A stretch of 60,210 nt of DNA, filler included, from Sphacelaria rigidula (taxonomy: Eukaryota): assembly GCA_964200075.2 (NCBI GenBank). It is 7 parts of 7 records of this genome, joined end to end, with 100 filler letters (N's around TTAATTAATTAA, not from the genome) between each part and the next. Parts side by side here need not be neighbours in the genome. Positions count along the whole stretch, not along the records: positions 51,696 to 60,210 come from CAXNAA020010916.1; 6 more parts are not named here. One strand, written 5' to 3'. Made by a program: the position numbers and the translations under genes. The notes beneath the pieces were generated by a model. The model saw only the letters and a program-made list of their open reading frames with translations, ran no database searches and was not told where the DNA came from. Of the stretch, positions 51,924 through 60,210 are shown piece after piece (position 1 is the first letter of the stretch; each line of letters begins with the position of its first letter).

Positions 51924-53195
51924 CTAACTGGGCGAAGATTGACGATGAAGCCTGAAGGATCCGTGCGGTCTGCGAGCCCGACCGAAATTGTACATACTGT
52001 AATCGTCATCAGACAGAAGGTGGTGAAAAAACCAGCGCTATACACGTTACGTTCACGTTACGTTTTGGCCGAAACGTAACGTGAACGTTGATTTTTTTCA
52101 CGTGATGAACGTAACGTAAAATTTTTAAATGTAATGTTAACGTAGCGTTATATATTTTTCACGTGACACACGTCACGTAACGTGAACGTGTACATGTATA
52201 GCCAGGGCTATGCACGTTACACGTGCCATAGCGTTACACGTTACGTTCACGTTACGTTTTGGCCGAAACGTAGCGTGAACGCTATTTTTTTTTCACGCGA
52301 TGAATGTAACGTGAGCGTAACGTTATATATTTTTTAACGTGACACACGTCACGTAACGTGAACGTGAACGTGTAACGTGTATAGCCCTGAAAAAAACAAA
52401 GAATCTGATGGGAATAATCCACCGTTTCACTGCAGATCGGGCCATCAGCGCCTTGTGCAGCCACGGCTCCGGCTCCGGCTCCTTGCTGAAGTACCAATCA
52501 ACACATCCTCGAAGTTTCAGCGTCATGACAAGCGAGGCGCGGATTTTCTTGGCGCCTAACCTTCAAAAACACAGCCTCCATATGATCGAAAAAGAACAAC
52601 ACGGCAGTGCGCCGGACACACGGAGTGTTGAAAACTGTAAACTGTGTACCATGGGTGAAAGACGGGAACTATGAAGGAAACGGCCATTTTGGTTGAACAT
52701 TGTGCATGAGCCAGGGGTTGATAATCACGGAATAGGAAACGCGGTACATTGTAATTTAGGGATGGTAAATGCAGGCAGAGAGGCTGCTCCGCTACAACAG
52801 ACTGTAGCGACAAGTTCACCCGAGTTGACGTTGAGCCCGCGAAATTATTCCGAAATGAGGTTTGGGAACCAAAGGATACTTGCCACTCTCCCGAACACAC
52901 CTGACCTACTCAGCTACGTAGGTAACATCAAAATCTACGTAATTATCACAGGAATGTAGCTGAAGAAGATGGATGCACCATCAACACTTACCACAGGAGG
53001 TGCCTCGAGCTCCCCCAGCGATAATTCTGAGGCGCAGTGATTAACGACATTCCGGGCACTCCGCACTTGCGTCTGAAGTCCATGAGAGCATGCTTGGCTG
53101 CTGTTACAAATACTTGACGCTAAGGCCCCACCACCTAGTACGAACGCTTCTCCCAAGCATGAATATGCCAAAAGCGCCACAAAGAAGATGCTCAT
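51924..53195 (-). CDS. Small hypothetical protein with signal peptide and EAF motif (putative plastid-targeted), tentative 4-exon model
   Basis: Exons 53195-52992 (MSIFFVALLAYSCLGEAFV.., GTAAGT donor), 52905-52820, 52560-52423 and 51951-51924. Phases are compatible; no family recognised. Confidence 0.45.
52033..52389. mobile_element. Two tandem MITE-like ACGT-rich elements with terminal inverted repeats CAGGGCTATACACGTTAC / GTAACGTGTATAGCCCTG
   Basis: Copies at ~52033-52205 and ~52203-52389 with internally palindromic GTTCACGTTACGTTTTGGCCGAAACGTAACGTGAAC. Confidence 0.7.
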
Positions 53196-54086
53196 GGCAC
53201 AAACGCTATCCTTCGCACGGGGATGGGCTGCATCTCTCTAAACATGAAACTTTGTTTTGTTTCGCAGATCAAATGACTATTCTACCATGTTCAGACCCGC
53301 GGCCGTAAGGGTATAAAAAAGTTGAGAATAACACGTTGCATTGGAAAATAATACTGCTCTTCTTCACTGTCCTGGGTCAAGTTTGGGTGCAAGTATTTCA
53401 CACCCTATGCGATATCTTAGTTGGAAATTTTCGTATATTTCAATATGGATAGATTGAAATCGCGAATTACATACATATTTGATCGAGAATGAGGTTACAT
53501 TGTTGCTGTTCTGAGTATAACACATAGTTTCGGCTGATTTGTTGGTAAAGACCAGGTGCACTGGATTCGAATAACATTTAGAATCGACAGATATGTATAT
53601 ATTATGACATTTGCCCCTCACGGGTATCTATCTCATACCTCTGCTCATGCACGTCCCTCCTATTTGTTGTTCGCTCGTAGAATCGAGAGAAATATGCCGA
53701 CAATTTTTTACCACAAATGTCTATCTGACGACTCTGCTCACGTCCCTGCTAGCTGTTTGGAATAAACATATAGTACAAGTGAAACCAAAGAGTACGACAA
53801 TGTAGTTCACCATATTGTCACACCCGTTTCGGTTTCAAGAGAAATGAGCACCCGTTTGAATCACGGGTACGAGCAAGGTGAAAACTCAAATATTACATGC
53901 TAAAAGACACCACTTCTCGCCAACTAAGTGTCATGCTCTGACCTCCACGGCTCGCACTGACGACAACACATAATAAAAAGGAGCTGTGTCGACAAGCCTG
54001 CCGCCGGTATCTCTCGACGCCGCCAACCGACCAGACCAGTCCGTGCAGCACCATTAGCTCAAAGTAGCAACAATAACCCCGGTGCC

Positions 54087-57000
54087 ATGAAGCAATCGAC
54101 GACATTCCTTTGCTTGTCCGGGCTGGCCGGCTCTGCCTTCGCGTTTGCTCCCCCCTCTGCGGTACCCCGCACAGGAAACGCATGGACCTCTCGGGCATCA
54201 ACATCCAGGTAAATACTGGCGATTGGTAATATCGAAGCATGGAAGAGGGACGGGGTTGGCGTTTGCAATGCAGAAGCGTTAGGGTCCAGGGCGGGAAAAA
54301 GACATGTCACCGTGTAAAAAATTGAACTCGTTTCCTTCAGTCGTACAGGGAGCTTGTGCCGTCTCTACAGAGTGCATCTCTATATGTTTTTTAGTACATA
54401 GCAATGATATCTTCTCTTTTGACGTCAGAGCTTGCGCTTCGTTCATCCAGAAACTGACTGCACATGAACTTCTGTGTGTCGTATGTTGCTCTTGATCTTT
54501 CCGTGTTGTTCGTGGCGTGGGCGTCGATACAGCCCCGTACCGGCGGAGTCGGGCCGGCTAGGGTCGCCTCTCTGCATGACCACACAGCCTATGCCAGAGG
54601 TGCGTAACAGTAATCCATCTTGCTATGAGCGTCATACTGTACATGGCTTGTTGCTGCGACCCACAGTGTTTCTTCTGGTTGCCTGTTGACTCATCGTCAG
54701 TGGCGCTGCCCCTCTGACGCCAACACCGGCTCTCAGGGTGTTGTCGTCGGTTGTAACTGCGACGGTGAAGCACGAGCTAGCACCAGGACGAGTCGTGAAT
54801 GCCGTAAGGAGTTTTGTAATGAGGACCCAAACAGTTTCCCACGCGTGTTGACTCCGTAGAGGCGGCTATCATACTTGACATGATTTTTGTGAGTCCACCG
54901 ATAAAATCCGCAACCTGTACCGGCGCCTTGTACGTACGGATATGCAATACTGATATTACATTTACTGTGTGAAACACGCGGTTGCTGTACTGTACTTCAT
55001 GCGCTTTCATACTTGCAACGTATGCGGCTGCCACGATCTAGTGGCACGTGCCATAGTTGGGCCGACAACGCAGCACCAGTGCACCGAATCAGAATCTCGA
55101 ACGTTTGCGTACGGAAAGAGTTTCAACCTCGACTGCCTACATTGTTGTACACGGAATAGTGCAGCGATACGTTACATGGCGTAGCGCTCGCTGTCTCCGC
55201 ATTCGTCTAGGAGCCCCACTCCTCTCGACTTACTTTCCAACACACGGAGGGAACACCGGTAAGACAATATTATTCGCTATCAGCTTAATCGAGAGATGAG
55301 CTTTCATTGGCCGGTGTCATGACTCCTACCGCCGCCCTTTTACGATGCGGGAGCCACGTGAATAGAACAACACTAGACTGTACTGTCGTACTAGTACTAC
55401 TATCAACAAGGTTTTCGTGAGATTTGAAGTGGATGACACCATCGAGAGTGGGGAGCAGTCAAATAGTGAATTAATCGTTGCAGTTCCGAAATGACCCTTC
55501 ACGAGGCCTGATATGCTCTCTGTAGCGACTTGCCACTGAGGCCCTTTATATCCCAGAAAAGCATATCGACGTGTAGATGTAAGCACACACCGGTGATGGA
55601 CGCAAATAAAAGCACACACGGCACGGAAAGAATGGCCAAGTTGAAGCAAATGATCAAAGCCACTCTCAATCATCGCTCTTCTCTGACTCTCACGGAAATG
55701 TCGTTTATTATAGGCTGCTCTGGTTGTTTCTCCGTTGCGGAACCGGTTCTATCACAGTACTGTTGTCGGTACCATCCTTCATTCTACTACACTATCGTTT
55801 GTACAGTTTTGTTCGCCGTTTCTGCACTCCACTTCCCAAGAATCTTGCTGAGCTCGATGTGACGATACCCGACGGTAGCACCATGGGCTGTGCTGGAATC
55901 GTTATCGCGTGGATCGCCCCATTATAGTGCTAGGCAAGGTTGCTGACAGTCGATCGAACTCCGCGATTGATTCTTAGCGGTTCACCAGCGTCACGTGGAG
56001 CGCAAGCCTTGCAAAGCCTGTCGAACAAACCCCAACCATTGTAGTCTCAAACCTCGAAACTCAAAACATGAAACCCTGTTTTGACGAAATTAGCGGCGGA
56101 AGCGAGGGGATTGGTGAAAGCGGACCGCGATAGGTTTTCATGATCCGGGGAAAACACGGAACGATCACAGTTGGATGTTCGAACACCCTGGGAAAATATG
56201 CTGAATGATTTATACGGAGGCGTTTCAGCATTTCAGAGTGTTTCACATGTGTCACGGGGTGGTGTCTTTCAAAAATCGCCACTGCAGCGCACTCACGTAT
56301 TACATCGCAGGTGTAGTTTATTTTGTATTTATTCCGTGCGGGTTTGTTCGAGATTTCACCGTCCCATAGTACGTGCGCATGAGGTGTGACTCGTCAACCT
56401 CACAACGAGAACCACGTTTTCCATGATCAGGTGAATATTCTGGGTTACACATGTAATGAGCAGCGGTTGCCTGTATAACCACGACTTCGATATGATGAGT
56501 TTTCTGAGTTTGTCAACTGTCGCCTGTACTTCACCCCTCGCATTGTCAAATGGCTTGGAAACCAGGAGACGATCGAAGGCGTTCTCCGCAAACGGGGAAT
56601 GCTATCAGATGAAGATGAGGAATGGCAGTGGGAGGTCGGGGTGCCCGACACTCCCATGACGAGGAAGTTTGGCCACCTCCGTGAGGCCAAGGTCAAGACC
56701 GTGTCGGAAACTGTCGCCGACTTTTACAAGCACGTGAGTATGCTTTCTCACTTCTTGAGCTTGCTTGCTCGTCTAGGACAGCATAGTGGTGCAGTGGTTG
56801 GCTACCGTACAGGATTGCAGTGTGCAGCGTAGGGATGGTCCATGCCGTATTGCAAACAAGGACGCGTCGTATCTGTCCCTCCCCGCGCTCGATCGCGGGT
56901 ACTGTCTCATGTATTTTTCCCTAGTTTCGGCACATTCTCGAGATGGACGTATGCAAAAAAAACACGAAAACATTTATGAGTCTATCGAGTACGGTAAATG

Positions 57001-57894
57001 CAAAGATTTCGGAACGAAACGATTCACTGGTACCGTCGGTGAAATATTCTCCCAAGGCGAAGGCATATGTCCTAAGCTGGCACATACGTACATTTATTTT
57101 GGCTTCACACATGACAGCCGTGATCGACTGAAACACATTCCACCACGATAACCTGTTGAGAAACCGGGGAACCCTCATGAAATCAACCCTGTCGGGAGGC
57201 TCTTGGCTCCCTTTCGATAAACATGTGCGCGTCGCGTACGGTCAGGGCAGATGAGTCACGAATATATTTGTGTCCCGGGTCTTGACACTGCTCCCGCTCA
57301 CGGGGAGAGCTGAAAATACTTTGATATCGCCGAAACGCGAGATGGTCGGACACGTGAACACGCATTTCTAAATTATTAATCGCGATACCCGCGGATTGAG
57401 ACTTGATGAAGTGGTGCTGATCAGTCGTTGCGGTCACGGCGCGCTTTCCACATATGGCACTTTCCCTCGGTATCCGTCTTCCCGGGATAAAATCCGTGGC
57501 GACACTTGACGTCAAATTATCCGCTGAGAAGCGATAAACGCAAGTGTCGGCACGAGCGGAACGAAACCGGTATGCTCATCGTCCGCATGCCGTCCTCGAC
57601 CTGCATATTCTGTGTTTCTTGTCTTTTCCAGTCTGTTGTGATCGTGCTACTTTCTGATCTTCCACGCCCTGCTTTTGCCCTGTCCCGGTGAACACCGGCG
57701 GGTCCTGTGACCATTGTTTCACGACGTGATCGACAACGGGCAACATGGGGGAACGAGCAGTATAAGAAGGTGGTTATCTCGAACTTCCGAACGATGGTGA
57801 CGGAGTATCTGCAGAGCACCCACCTCATCGTCTACGACGCGCGTTTCAAGTACGACCCGTTTTTCGGCGCGGGATTATACCTCAGCTTCATGAG
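54087..57894 (+). CDS. THF1: THF1/Psb29 (thylakoid formation 1) family protein with bipartite plastid presequence; 3' partial
   Basis: Exons 54087-54208 (MKQSTTFLCLSGLAGSAFAFAPP), 54533-54599, 56566-56733 (KTVSETVADFYKH) and 57761-57894 (YKKVVISNFRTMVTEYLQSTHLIVYDARFKYDPFFGAG). This matches the Psb29 pattern TVSDTKxxF..IxSIY..HL...F.YDPxFALG. Confidence 0.85.
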
Positions 57895-57902
57895 GTAGGT
57901 GG

Positions 57903-58185
57903 TGAAATACTTGACGGTTCGGACAAATCATCGCCGGTTCGAATCACCGAATCCGCGACTTTTTTCGGGCCTGTCGGCTCGAAAGAGAAGTGATTTGACC
58001 GCTGATCAAAAAGATCTCCACACAATTTTCCCGCCATTGCACGTGACTGGGCTGCGTGTACCTGGGTTGCAACGCCGAAAACAAAGCTCCAAGACTGATT
58101 CGTACGGTACAAATCAATCACACTACAACCAAGTAATTTCCAGACGAGTCATTGATCTGTCCGACCCCTGCAAAACTTCTACGAG
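57903..58185 (+). mobile_element. Repeat family E copy (THF1 intron, immediately after the donor site)
   Basis: Collinear with 49205-49495. Confidence 0.8.
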
Positions 58186-59189
58186 GCAGCGCGTACTGGC
58201 CGTTGTGATCCTCTCGTTACTATCGATATCGTAGCTGCAAGAAACGGGTACTTCCTCTCCTCCAACTTTGCGAGAGATGGTGGAGGCGTGGCGTGGAAAG
58301 CAGGCGGGTTGAATGACGGGGTTTTTACTTGAAGGCGTCAGGAATGAGTGGCTACGCGCTGTTTTTGAGATTCAGGAATTCCGTTGCATGGTATGAGAGG
58401 ATATCATATCCACCATGCTTGGAAAATAACACAACAGCACCCTCCGGTTGGAAGGATCGCAAGTAAGATCATGTATCACGTCATCACTGGCCACGTCAAC
58501 AAACGAAAACGACAAGCGAGCCCTCCTGCTCACCCTCGATGGTTGCGGCGACATTCTGAACAACACAGGTCAAATGTCACATGCCCATGTCAGTGTGGCA
58601 CAGTCGATGTAGTGCTGTAGTTTCGTTTTTCTTGGGTACGCCCATCATGAGACCACGGGTCGAGCCCTGGGAGGTCAGTTACAGTGCGACAACCAATTAA
58701 TCATCCAATCAATCAGTGAGGGCGCATCCCACCACCATTCACACGCGCTGCTCTCTTGTTTATATGTTTGGCTCATTCGCGTGAAAATAAGAGTCGATTT
58801 CCGCGTCGCGGAAGCTCAACACGTCATCATGTTTTTTTTTCAGATGCTTGGTGGGTACAAGACACGCGTATAGTGTTGAATTCTTGACACAAGAGAGAAG
58901 AAATCTCCTGGTCGATATTTTATTTTAATGTTTGGCCCTATTCATTGTCTAAACCAAATTTTCAGGGGCCAACTCTAAAAATTGAAGTGAGGACAGGCTG
59001 TCAAGTAACCATGTCAGTAGAAATTCGGAAGAGTATGTTGCAGGCGACTCATCGGCCCACGTCTTGTGTTTGTGTATTGAAATTTTGTGTTGGATTACGC
59101 TGGGGCATAATCAACAAAAAAGTGGGTCAGCTTGGTATTTGTCTTCATTTTCCCACTGGTTTAGGACTTGTATTATTATGGGAACGCCA

Positions 59190-59860
59190 AATGTTCACGA
59201 TATCACCCGAAGAAGAGATGAATGGAGGCCCATTTTTGTTTATCCAGCATAACTCTGTGGTCATCCATGCTTGATTTGAAGTTAAAATGCAATACATTGA
59301 GTCGAGGTTTATTATTATGAGAAGGCCAATTTTTCACGATATCATCCGAATCTATCCCAAAGAAGAGATGAATGACGACCCAGTTTTTTTCAGCACCAGT
59401 CTGTGGCTATCCATTCTTGATTCGAAGCCATGATTCTAGAAGTTGAGGTCAGGCCCAAGAGCAAGTTTATCTTGTTCCTTAGTGAAAACTCCCGTAGAGA
59501 AATGAAGGCTGTTTCTTTTGTTGGGGAATTCGCTTTTTTCGCCCCCTTTCCTTTTCTGTATGGGTGTTTTTTCCAGAGTGCCCCCTTCATGTGTTGAATG
59601 TTGACGTCATTTTCCACTCTTACTTTTTTTCAGCGAATATTTCCAATTTGTCGACCTGGGGTACGTCCATGTTGTGAGCACTGCTACTCCCATCGGAGTC
59701 GAGTCAAGCTCAGAAATTATGAGGAGCCAGCGTTGCTTCGGCAACAGCAGGCAGCCATCAAGTACTTCATTCTTCAGCGGAGCTCCCTCACGGCACGCGA
59801 AAACCGTGAAGCGTCCTCGTGAAATACAGCTTGTGGACGCCAAGGAGAACACTTGGTTTC
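59190..59860 (-). mobile_element. Decayed pogo/Tigger-like (DDE_1) transposase remnant with internal duplication
   Basis: Minus-strand fragments RFTVFAC, RKGKG, SNQAWMTTE and RHSSLLWD resemble DDE_1 motifs, interrupted by stops and frameshifts. A ~90-bp segment is duplicated (~59195-59282 and ~59334-59428). Confidence 0.4.
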
Positions 59861-60210
59861 ATCGTCGTACAGTCAGCCGCATCTATACTGGGAAGCGTTC
59901 TGGGTAAAGCAAGCAGAACTTGACAGCGTCTTTTCAGCGCCTTGTTCACCGCAAAAACACACGGAAACACCGATAGTCGTTCAATTATTCAAATACTTCG
60001 TGGAAAGTCGACGATTTCCGTACTCGAAGTGGATTCGGAGCGGGGTTATGCGGGTGGTGCTACCGTGTTCAATTGTTCACAAGAATAGGAACTTTACCTT
60101 CACGTCTCCTTATAGCTCGCCTTCCCCCCCCCCCCCCCCCCGCGCCCCGTCCCGTGGTTGGGTTGGGTGGCGGTGCGCTGGGCCAAGCAGAGGCGTCTGG
60201 CGGTTGAGTG

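Overview
Eukaryotic, intron-rich DNA, most likely from a brown alga or a related ochrophyte. This is inferred from short exons with long GT-AG introns, bipartite ASAFAP-type plastid presequences and many short dispersed repeats. The window is not one locus. It is seven unrelated contigs of 8516/8515 bp joined by 100-bp N spacers containing a TTAATTAATTAA linker, so neighbourhood across gaps means nothing. Manual splicing gives: contig 1, an unrecognised minus-strand gene with a spliced, divergent beta-class (N6A/N4C) DNA methyltransferase-like domain whose catalytic motifs are eroded; contig 2, a CBM20-trehalose-6-phosphate synthase fragment with HGFH in place of HDYH; contig 3, GAA1 (with a GC-AG intron) tail-to-tail with RCL1; contig 4, the E3 region of an RNF213-like ubiquitin ligase with a variant RZ finger; contig 5, a complete 8-exon DUF3598-like gene, probably plastid-targeted; contig 6, the 3' part of a pirin gene; contig 7, a THF1/Psb29 gene head-to-head with a small putative plastid protein gene, plus a pogo-like remnant. 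All family calls come from motif recognition by eye, not database searches.
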